64,000 bases of DNA, from positions 160,001-224,000 of the forward strand of contig CAWEJX010000020.1 of assembly GCA_963809485.1 (NCBI GenBank), given 5' to 3'. Positions 10,417 through 18,840 of the stretch are shown piece by piece (position 1 is the stretch's first letter; the number at the start of each line of letters is the position of its first letter). Origin of the DNA: an uncultured Acidobacteriota bacterium (GTDB taxonomy: Bacteria > Acidobacteriota > UBA6911). A program made the position numbers and the translations under genes. The notes under the pieces were generated by a model. The model was not told where the DNA came from and did not search any database. It saw nothing but the letters and a program-made list of their open reading frames with translations.

Positions 10417-11160
10417 TCATTGAGGCGGGCTTGGCTGATTCCTTTTTGTCCTCAATCTGTTTCGAGGAACCCTTGCAACCATCGGATAAATGGGATTAGC
10501 CAGCGTCCACCATCCCGGTCTCTGATCTTTCACAAATTCGATCCTCGAGACGAATTTAATGCTTTTGTAGGCAAGGTCATAGGGGGCAACCAGTCTCAGC
10601 GGTCCCCCGTTGTCTTCCGGCAAAGGCTTCTCATCCAGTGTCAAGGCCAGCAGGATTTCTCTGTCGGGATCGAGCAACTCACTTAAAGGGAATGATTCTA
10701 TGTAGTGAGTCTGCCCTTTTGGAGCAGATCCGGTCGTTCCCAGTGAGTGAAACAGCACATGGGTTGCATTTGGGTTCGGCTTGACTTTATCAAGGATTGC
10801 CCCAAATCTGAATCCGCCCCATTTGAGATCCGGCACAGACCACCCCTCCACACAATGAAGATCGGACACCTGTTCCGCGCGAGGGAAAGATCGGATATCG
10901 GGGTAGGAGAAAGTACGCGGATCTTTTACCAGCCCATCCACAACCAGCTTGTATTCTTCCCGTTTCCCTTCCTGCCACTCAATAAGGCCGCTTCCGGCAT
11001 CAAACTTAAACCTTTTGTTTTCTACAGTTCTGACAGGAAGCTTCCTGACAAAAACGCCGGCTTGGGATGAGGAAACCGACTCAATCAGCATGATGCTCCC
11101 AATCATTTTCAGAAAAAGCCGTCTGGATATTTCCAACGCATAGTTTATCGCGGTTCTCAT
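10417..11160 (-). CDS. Molybdopterin-dependent oxidoreductase (sulfite oxidase/MsrP-like), Tat-exported
   Basis: SRRLFLK twin-Arg motif, DLHCVEGWSV, NGGPLRLVAP...YKSIKFVSRIE; GGAGGT SD. Confidence 0.85.
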   Translation of the reverse strand: MRTAINYALEISRRLFLKMIGSIMLIESVSSSQAGVFVRKLPVRTVENKRFKFDAGSGLIEWQEGKREEYKLVVDGLVKDPRTFSYPDIRSFPRAEQVSDLHCVEGWSVPDLKWGGFRFGAILDKVKPNPNATHVLFHSLGTTGSAPKGQTHYIESFPLSELLDPDREILLALTLDEKPLPEDNGGPLRLVAPYDLAYKSIKFVSRIEFVKDQRPGWWTLANPIYPMVARVPRNRLRTKRNQPSPPQ

Positions 11161-11387
11161 GACCTCCGCCCTCACAAATAAATATAATATGCCGCAGGGC
11201 AAAGGGCACATTCGGTCAGCTCAATTTGCGCGCATTCCGGGCAAGCTCCCGCCGCAAACGGCAGGGATGGGATGGGCGGGGTGCAATCCGCTGCCGGCGG
11301 CAGGTTTCGGATCGATAATCTGTCCGGGTACACCGTCATCCTGAAAAAATGTGAGGGTTGAATCAGTACCGAGCCGATGGGCGGCAC

Positions 11388-12216
11388 TCAAGAGAGCGGA
11401 ATGACCGGAGGATTCACATTCCTATCGGCAGCCGCGATCTGCTGTATCCACCAGGCCGGCAGTTCGCGGATGGAGTTCAACACGGCATCGGGTGTGACAG
11501 CGCCATTCAAATCCGAAGGCCGGAATTTGCCCGTTTTAAGCAGAACGCCCTTCATGCCGGCCTGTTGCGCGCCATCGATATCGGTTTCAATCCCGTCTCC
11601 CACCATGGCAATTTCACTTGCCGGCAAATCCAATCTTTGGGCGGCAGCACGATAAAATGCCTCAGCCGGCTTCCCGAACACCAGGGCTTTCCGTTCGGCG
11701 GCATGCTCGAGCGCAACAACGAATGGAGCAGTGTCCAGCCTGAGCCCGTCCTGTGCGCGCCAGTAGCGCGTCATGCCGAGGGCGATCAGGACGGAATCCG
11801 GATTGGAAAGAAGCAGTCGGAAAGCCCGGTTCAGAGTTCCATAGCTCCAACCGTCGCCCAGATCCCCGATAACGACGTAGTGCGAACCGGATTCCGCGTC
11901 CTGAGGCAAACACTCGATACCCTCGAATTCGCCGAGCGCCCTGGGATTGACGAAAAGCGCGGCCGGGCCATGCGGCCGGGCCCGGAGGTATTCTGCGGCT
12001 GCAACACAGGGCGTGAGGATTTGATCACGGTCGGCTTGCATGCCGAACCTTGCAAGCTTCTTTTCAAGTTCAGCGCGCCCGCGCGAGGTCGTATTGGTAA
12101 CGAATAAATGGGGGATGCCATTGCGGCGGACCCAATCGACTGTAAAGGAAGCCCCTTCAATCGGCGCCTCCGAGTTATACAACACGCCATCCAGGTCGAA
12201 CAATATCCCCGCGCAT
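11388..12216 (-). CDS. HAD-IIA hydrolase (LHPP/NagD-like), 5' end apparently frameshifted
   Basis: FDLDG, FVTNTTS, GKP, MVGDGIETDIDGAQQAG, KTGKF; the upstream ATGs are out of frame across a G4 run. Confidence 0.85.
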
Positions 12217-12432
12217 GTTCGCTAATCCGCATGTCTTACAGGATTCATTCAGAAGCGGTGAATCCTGGTATTTCAGTTCAGGTTGCAGTTTGACTGCCCG
12301 TCTGCTCCGTCTTGAGATTAAAGGCTCAGAGAAATGCAGACTAAGTTTTATCGCTGATGGCCCCCAATCCAAAACAAAATTACACCGAGTAGCTTGAAAG
12401 AACGTATCGGGATTGTTGTGCGGTTTGCATCC

Positions 12433-12648
12433 AGTCAACGACCGCCGACAAAGCCAGAGGTTTGATGGCAGACCGCTCAAGGCGGTTGGATGAGCTTTAC
12501 TCGCTTGAGCTGTTGACATATGCTGACCTTCACCGTAAGAATCAGCGTTCACCAGCGGTTTTGTCAGCGTCCGTCGGCATGACCTGATCCTGGAGCCGTC
12601 AAACTCTGTGAGTCCCCCAAGCATAGCTGGGGGATTATCGATGGATTT
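12433..12648 (-). mobile_element. Non-autonomous element family A, divergent copy A2
   Basis: ACCGCTCAAGGCGGTT hairpin, TCAGCG repeats, GGAGCCGTCAAACTC..GAGTCCCCCAAGCATAGCTGGGGGA end. Confidence 0.7.
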
Positions 12649-12731
12649 GGGCTAATCAGTCCCGGATCAGCAGCGGAGATAGCCTATTTTGCCACTCCGC
12701 AAGTCTATCGCCATCCGATCCGCCGGTGATA

Positions 12732-14765
12732 TCAATCGGACATCAGGAAGATGTATGGTCGGACATCCTCCTCACGGGTGGTCTCCCAGTAGCGAAGCAG
12801 GATCTTATAGACCATCAGTCCCGTCTCGCCTTCGCCGAACACGAGGAATCGCAATGCTTGCTGCATAAGATTCTGGCGCGTAAGGCCGAGAAAGATGCGT
12901 ACAGGATCGGCCAACTCGCTGAGATAGGCAATCGTGTTGGCGATGGCCGTAGCCCCCCACACATTCATGACATAGTCTTCGCCCTCCTTGCGGATCTGCG
13001 CCTCCAGCGTTTCGATGAAGTCGCTGCGGTTGTCTATCAGGTGGACGTGGATGAAACAAAGCGGGCCGTCCATACGGTAGTGGCTGCGAATCTCGCTGGC
13101 CTTCGCCGCCCGTGCTTCCGGCGTATTGGTCTTAATCGGCACCATGTTGATCTTCTTGCCGACCAGTTCCGGGCCAAGGTCATACGACTCCTTGTCGACC
13201 AGGTAGGCTTTATATACCCGCATTTCCGTGGCTCTATTCCAGCGGCTGATCGCGCTCACTACCAGTACCAGGCCTATGAAAACGCTGCCGATGATGATGC
13301 CGTCCGGCCGGCCGATGCAGTTGTCCACTAACGTGTAGGCGAATACCAAAGTGATCACGCCACAGTACAGAGCAGCCAGCCGGTGGCTCTCTTTCCAGAG
13401 AGCCAGTGAGGCGGCGAATGCAGCCGACAGCATCAGCACCAGCACGCCCGTGGCGTATGCACCGCTCTGTGCTTCAACACTTGCGTCGAACACCCAGGTT
13501 ACAATGAGCGAAACAATCAGCAGCACCAATACAAGCGGCCTCGACATTGAAGCCCAAACCGGCGCCATGCCGTAGCGCGGAAGATAGCGCGGCACCAGGT
13601 GGAGCAGCCCGGCCAAGGCTGAAGCCCCCGCCATCCAGAGAATCAGGATGGTAGAGAAGTCATAGATCGTCCCGAATCCGTGCCCAAGATACTTATGAGC
13701 CAAGTAAGCAATAGCGCGGCCGCTGGCCGGTCCGCCAATCCCATAATCGGATTCGGGTATCAGCAGGGTAGTGGCGAAACTCGACATCATCAGAAAGACA
13801 CTCATAATCAGCGCGGCCGTGACGAGCAGCTTGCGCGTATTGCGGATCCGGCCGAGAGGAGCGGGAGCGCCGCGGCGCCTACGGCGCTCATCCCAGCGCC
13901 CGCCGTCCACCAACGGCATCACTGCAACTCCGGTCTCAAAACCGCTAAGACCCAGAGCCAGCTTTGGGAAGATCAGTCCGGCGGCAACCAGCATCATCGT
14001 CCAGTCACCGTGCCGGAAGAGGGCGGCCTGCCAATCGGTAATAGCTTTCGGATAATGGAACACCTCCGACAGAGCCCGGACGAGAACAACAGCGTTGAGG
14101 AGCAGGAACGGAATGCAGATGGCCATTGCGATGCCGATGGCTTCCTTGAATCCGACCAGGAAGACGGCGGCCAGCAAAGCCAGCATGAGCATCGTAATCA
14201 GGAGTTGGGCGTCACCGAGCCAGGGTTTCAGGAAAGGATTTTCGATGGCGTGCTTTGCCGCATCGGCTGCCGACAGAGTCATGGTGACGACAAAATCAGT
14301 AGCGGCAAAACCCAGCAAAATCAGAACCAGGATTTTGCCGAACCAGCCAGGAAGCAGGTGCTCCAGCATTGCGATGGAGCCCTGGCCGGCGAAGGAACGG
14401 CGAGCAACCTGGGCATATATGGGCAGCGCCCCGGCCAGTGTTACCAGAATTAGAACTCCAGTGGCCAGCGGCGCTATAGCGCCGGCTGCAAGAAGAGCGA
14501 TCCCTGGCTGGTACCCCAGCGTGGAAAAATAATCCAGACCCGTCAGCCATATGACCCGCCACCAGGGCTGAGTTGCCGGGCTTTGCGTCCCATGGGATTC
14601 GTCGAGAGGGGCACCCCGTTCCAGCCACCGGCCGAAAGCAGACTTGAAAACATGCTGCTGCACAGGAAGGCTGCGACGGAATGCAATCCAATCCGCAGGA
14701 TTTCCTGGAGGCTGATCCATCGACTCATGCGGGCTTGATCTCGGAGCGGCAGGTGGCATTTCCAT
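12732..14765 (-). CDS. APC superfamily amino-acid/cation transporter
   Basis: WLTGLDYFSTLGYQPGIA, FPKLALGLSGFETGV, GAYATGVL; about 12 TMs plus a cytoplasmic C-terminal domain. Confidence 0.85.
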   Translation of the reverse strand: MEMPPAAPRSSPHESMDQPPGNPADWIAFRRSLPVQQHVFKSAFGRWLERGAPLDESHGTQSPATQPWWRVIWLTGLDYFSTLGYQPGIALLAAGAIAPLATGVLILVTLAGALPIYAQVARRSFAGQGSIAMLEHLLPGWFGKILVLILLGFAATDFVVTMTLSAADAAKHAIENPFLKPWLGDAQLLITMLMLALLAAVFLVGFKEAIGIAMAICIPFLLLNAVVLVRALSEVFHYPKAITDWQAALFRHGDWTMMLVAAGLIFPKLALGLSGFETGVAVMPLVDGGRWDERRRRRGAPAPLGRIRNTRKLLVTAALIMSVFLMMSSFATTLLIPESDYGIGGPASGRAIAYLAHKYLGHGFGTIYDFSTILILWMAGASALAGLLHLVPRYLPRYGMAPVWASMSRPLVLVLLIVSLIVTWVFDASVEAQSGAYATGVLVLMLSAAFAASLALWKESHRLAALYCGVITLVFAYTLVDNCIGRPDGIIIGSVFIGLVLVVSAISRWNRATEMRVYKAYLVDKESYDLGPELVGKKINMVPIKTNTPEARAAKASEIRSHYRMDGPLCFIHVHLIDNRSDFIETLEAQIRKEGEDYVMNVWGATAIANTIAYLSELADPVRIFLGLTRQNLMQQALRFLVFGEGETGLMVYKILLRYWETTREEDVRPYIFLMSD

Positions 14766-14778
14766 TGTTATCTGCTAT

Positions 14779-15318
14779 TCACGAATCAAAAAATGCTCCT
14801 TCCGGCAAAGAGCTCAAATGGTCTCTGCAGTGCCGGTCGGCGGTTTTGACATCGCAACGGGCAATGAGACGTATCCAGAACGGAGCCGCAGATACTATCT
14901 CAATGCCGTCATCCCATCAGGGACCCTCGACAGCCATTCGCACTACCTCAGCCAGTGAATCAAGTGAGATGGGCTTGGAGAAATAGCTGAACGCCCGCTC
15001 CCGCATGCAGGCAATTACATCCTCGGGCTTTCCAGTATCGGTCAGAATGATCATCCGGGTATGCGGGCGCGCACGCCGGATTTTGAGGGGCAACTCCAAG
15101 TCTTCCCGGCCTGAGGTCTTTTCGCCGGTGACAATCAGGTCGAATGGCCTGCTGCCAGTCAATTCCAATGCTGCCATATTATCGGGCGCGTTTTGTATTC
15201 TCCATCCCGCCGGGATAAGTATGGTGGCAAGAATTTCGTTTATTGCCAGATCCGGATTGATTGCGAAAAGGGTCCTGTGAAAAGAAACCGAACAATCAGC
15301 GGAAGTTTTTTCGGTCAT
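14779..15318 (-). pseudogene. Truncated atypical receiver-domain protein with in-frame TGA at 14917-14919
   Basis: REC-like PFDLIVTG...AFSYFSKP; the frame continues past TGA as WDDGIEIVSAAPFWIRLIARCDVKTADR, then ends. Confidence 0.6.
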
Positions 15319-15373
15319 GGATTCATACCGGAGCTGTCTAGCCCCAAAAGGCTCTGAGAAATACAAGCCAAGT

Positions 15374-16264
15374 TTAATCCCTGACGGGATCACAAACCAG
15401 GATTTCTCCCTTGCCCAGCTCCGATGTGTCCCCCGTATAACGCCGGACCAGGCCATCCCACGCCAGTTCGGGGACCGGCACCTCCAGATCCTGGAACTGC
15501 TTCCACAGGAGCCGCAGGAACACCGGCTTGCAGGTGCAGCTATAAAGAAATGTAGGAAGAAGGCTGGGCTGCTCCATGGCCACGATGGTTCCCCTGGACA
15601 TCCAGGCGCCGGTGCGGATGCCGGCTTTGCCGCCCAGGAAGAGGGTGCCGCCGCGCATCTGGAGTCCGGCGAAATCGCCGACATTGCCCTGGATAGAGAT
15701 CAGCCCTTTTCGCATACGCATGCCGGCTTCGATTCCGGCCGCACCGTCGATCAGGATCGTGCCGCCGCGCATTCCCTTCCGGCTGCCACGATAGGCGGCT
15801 CCGACCTGACCTCCCGCGCTTCCGTGAATCCGGATCAGCCCGCCCGTCATTTCCGCGCCCAGCCAATCTGCAGTATCGCCGTAAACCCTGATGGACCCGC
15901 CCTTCATTTCAGCGCCCAGGTGCATTCCCGAATTACCCCGAATCACGATTTCGCCGGATGTCATACCCTGGCCTATCCTCTTCACCCGCGAGAGGTTGCC
16001 GTGCAATACCAGGCGTCTGCTTTTTTCACCATATATTTCGAAGAAATCGCCCAATCGGCATTTCTGTTTGCCAAGGAGGACAGGAAGCGCGCGGATTTCA
16101 TCCAGCGACAGTTCCGCAACCACATCGGGTGAAAGGACCTCAGCTTCCAGGGGCAGGCCAGGGCGCTCTTTAAGCCGTAATTGAACGAAATCCGCCATCT
16201 CGCCATTCGGCAGGACGTCCCGGAAGCCGGCAGTCGGATCGATGATCAGTGTCTCTGGGCCCAT
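15374..16264 (-). CDS. fwdC: Formylmethanofuran dehydrogenase subunit C
   Basis: PLEAEVLSPD, LGDFFEI.G, repeated GxxMxGG beta-helix, GAAYRGSRKGMRGG, YTGDTSELGKGEI. Confidence 0.92.
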   Translation of the reverse strand: MGPETLIIDPTAGFRDVLPNGEMADFVQLRLKERPGLPLEAEVLSPDVVAELSLDEIRALPVLLGKQKCRLGDFFEIYGEKSRRLVLHGNLSRVKRIGQGMTSGEIVIRGNSGMHLGAEMKGGSIRVYGDTADWLGAEMTGGLIRIHGSAGGQVGAAYRGSRKGMRGGTILIDGAAGIEAGMRMRKGLISIQGNVGDFAGLQMRGGTLFLGGKAGIRTGAWMSRGTIVAMEQPSLLPTFLYSCTCKPVFLRLLWKQFQDLEVPVPELAWDGLVRRYTGDTSELGKGEILVCDPVRD

Positions 16265-16276
16265 TCGCCTAAAACC

Positions 16277-17605
16277 TCACTGACGGCTGGCCTCAATTCC
16301 GGTCCAGTTGCGTATATCAAAAACCCTTGCTTCAACCGACTCGCGGATGCGCCCGATCACCTGTTCGTCGGTCGGATAGGGTGATTTAAGCGCGGGGCGG
16401 AGATGCAGCGGAATCTCATCCATCCGGTAGATGGTTCCGGGCGCGCTGATTCCGGTCGGCGCGGTTGTGATGTGGATGCGAGCAAGGCGGCTCGTGTGGG
16501 AGACTTTCGGGTCCAGCACAATCGTGGGCACGCGTCCAAGATGATCAATGGCGGGCTGCGGCATCGTTGCCCCGGGATCGGCTCCAAGCACCAGCACCGC
16601 ATCAACGTCGCCGCGGGTCAGCAGATCTACTGCCGTGTATTCGCCGGGATTGTAGCGAGGGTATCCGCGGCTGAAGTCCACTCCGAACGGATAGGAGGTG
16701 ATCCACGTCGTCACGGCATCTGCGCCGGTCACGTTGCCGTGGCCGCGCAGGGGCATGGCCACGAAGTGGGCGAACTGGTTCAGCTCCACTCCCAGCGTCA
16801 GGATTGCCGATGAGTTCATGTGCTTGCCCCGCGTCATCGTCAGTCCCATGCCGAAGAAGATGGCTCCAAAACGGGCGCGCTTCATGCGTTCCACCAGGTC
16901 CTGGAGCTGCTCCAGGGCCAAACCAGTTTCTTCCAGGCTTCGGGAATTGATTGGCCGGCCTTTGACCAGGGCCCTCAATGCCGTGATCACCTCGAAATCC
17001 TTACCGGGGCGGATCTGGAGGAAGATATCGGCCGCGCGGGCCGAGGGGGTGCGCCGTATATCCACCAGGACCATGGTCCTCCCTTTTCGGCCGTTGGGCA
17101 CGAAAAGCCCTTTGGGAGTCAGCGAGTAACGGGTGAAGTGCCGTGGATGACATTCTGCCGGGTTCGCGCCCCAGAAGATAACCAGATCCGCTCTGTTTTT
17201 GATTTCGCCGAGCGTCGCAGCGGGTTTGCCGCCCAACTGGGTGGCTATCTCCGTAGGACCATGTCAAAGTGAAGAGTGGCTGTCGATCACCCCACCCAGC
17301 AATTCCGCCAAGCCTACCGCCGTGCGCTGAGCCTCACAGGTCAGGTTGCTGAGACCATAGATGAGCGGGTAGTCTGCGCGCACAAGCAAATCCGCCGCCG
17401 CTTCAACGGCTGTTTCCAGCGTGGCCGGCCGTCCCTCGATCAGTGCTGCCGGGTAACAGGGCTCGGCATTGTGGTTGGTGAACCAGGATTCTCCCAGTTT
17501 GCAAGCGTTTTTGGCCTTGACGATACGGTCCCCTTCGGTATGCACCTCGATATCGTCGCAGGTGCATCCGCAAAATGTGCAAACTGCAGGAGCGACCACT
17601 GCCAT
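16277..17605 (-). CDS. fwdB: Formylmethanofuran dehydrogenase subunit B, probable selenoprotein (Sec at TGA 17264-17266)
   Basis: CTFCGCTCDD...C Fe-S motif; GGVIDSHSSL-TGA-HGP in frame with TLGEIKNRADLVIFWGANPAECHPRH and PLRGHGNV; AAGGAG SD. Confidence 0.9.
17228..17245 (-). promoter_or_regulatory. Candidate bacterial SECIS hairpin (GCCACCC-AGUU-GGGCGGC)
   Basis: 6 of 7 pairs; the loop begins 25 nt after UGA, with G at loop position 2. Confidence 0.6.
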
Positions 17606-17858
17606 CGCTAAACTCTCCTTCGGTCGATTGGGGGGATCATTCGGCGCCCTCACGGGGCGGCGTTTTGAATGCTCATCCCAGCACTCCTCCGCGCCAGCTG
17701 CCGCGTATGCGGCGAGGAAGCCACAGATCGCCGCCTGCGGGCTCCCACGCCCTGATTTCATCCTGCTCAGCGATCGATTCGGGCTTTGTCTGCAGATTCT
17801 CGGGCTGCAGGCGATCCCGGTCCGAAGCTTGCGTTATTCTCATGGAAAACTCCCTGAT

Positions 17859-18206
17859 TCAGGAACCTGCAGAAGGATTTTTTGCCGCTTCGATTTCAAC
17901 TTCCCATCCTTTTTGGGTGGGCATGCCGGTGCCGTCGGTTTGACCTCCCATTAGCATGGATGTCGGCGGTCCGTAAGGAACGAAAACAATCCCAGGAGGC
18001 AGATCGCCTTCAGCGCACTGGAACGTTGCCTCTCCCCACTCACTGCAGACGCGGACATGCATTCCGGGGGAAACGCCCAGGGCTGCGAGATCCTGTACGT
18101 TCATCTGCAACGTGCTCACCATGGTCCGGTACTCTTCACTGTCTTTGCCGATATTGACGTATCTGCCCTGATCGGTTGTCCGTCCCGGAATAAACACACA
18201 GCGCAT
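17859..18206 (-). CDS. fwdD: Formylmethanofuran dehydrogenase subunit D (molybdopterin dinucleotide-binding)
   Basis: IPGRTTDQG...GK...Y, VRVCSEWGE, GIVFVPYGP, TDGTGMPTQKG. Confidence 0.88.
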   Translation of the reverse strand: MRCVFIPGRTTDQGRYVNIGKDSEEYRTMVSTLQMNVQDLAALGVSPGMHVRVCSEWGEATFQCAEGDLPPGIVFVPYGPPTSMLMGGQTDGTGMPTQKGWEVEIEAAKNPSAGS

Positions 18207-18291
18207 AAATGCCCTATCTCATCGTAAAGTCAAAAAATCCGGTGTCAGCCGGCGTCGATCTTCAGGCCTTTTTACGCCTGCCGCGAAACAA

Positions 18292-18320
18292 GTTATACCG
18301 GACCTGCCCGCAATGCGCAA
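18292..18320 (-). promoter_or_regulatory. Putative sigma70 promoter of fwdDBC
   Basis: TTGCGC-N17-TATAAC about 85 nt upstream of fwdD. Confidence 0.5.
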
Positions 18321-18840
18321 GCGTGCTGCCGCCGGCTGGGCAGGGGCAGCTCTTGGGCTACTCTCGATAAGCGTTCCTGGACGAGCCTGGGCGGAAGATC
18401 GGGGCCCAGGAGATCCTGGCCGCTTTTTCCCGGCTGGACCGCTTGCATTCATGTCTCGCAGAGCAGATCCTGTTGGAGCAAGCAGGCCCAGCCGCGACCG
18501 AGGATAAGCGGATTGATGGCAGGATACAGAAGGCTGCCAAACCCTGGAAAAGCAAGTCGCTCGTGAGTCCTCCGGTAAAACCGGAGCGTTGCCGACAAAC
18601 CAAACACAGAACCAGGAACGACGTGCGCATTTGAAGACAACGGCAATTTGCGGCCCGCCATTTTGCGGCTCGGTGCAAGTCCCATCATTATTTGGATTTG
18701 TTCGAAAATTGAGGATTCTGTTTCGCTTCGCCGATAAGATAGGGGGGTGGCACTGTGTCCGGCGGTATAAAATTCCGGCGAGTCTTGCGTTATTGCGAAA
18801 ACCGACTTAAAGTATCACCCGTTCTCTGACTGACGAAACG

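Noticed and set aside
18320-18830. Short ORFs in the fwdD/TonB-like intergenic gap
   Set aside because: No convincing SD, motif or coding signal; left as an unexplained divergent promoter region
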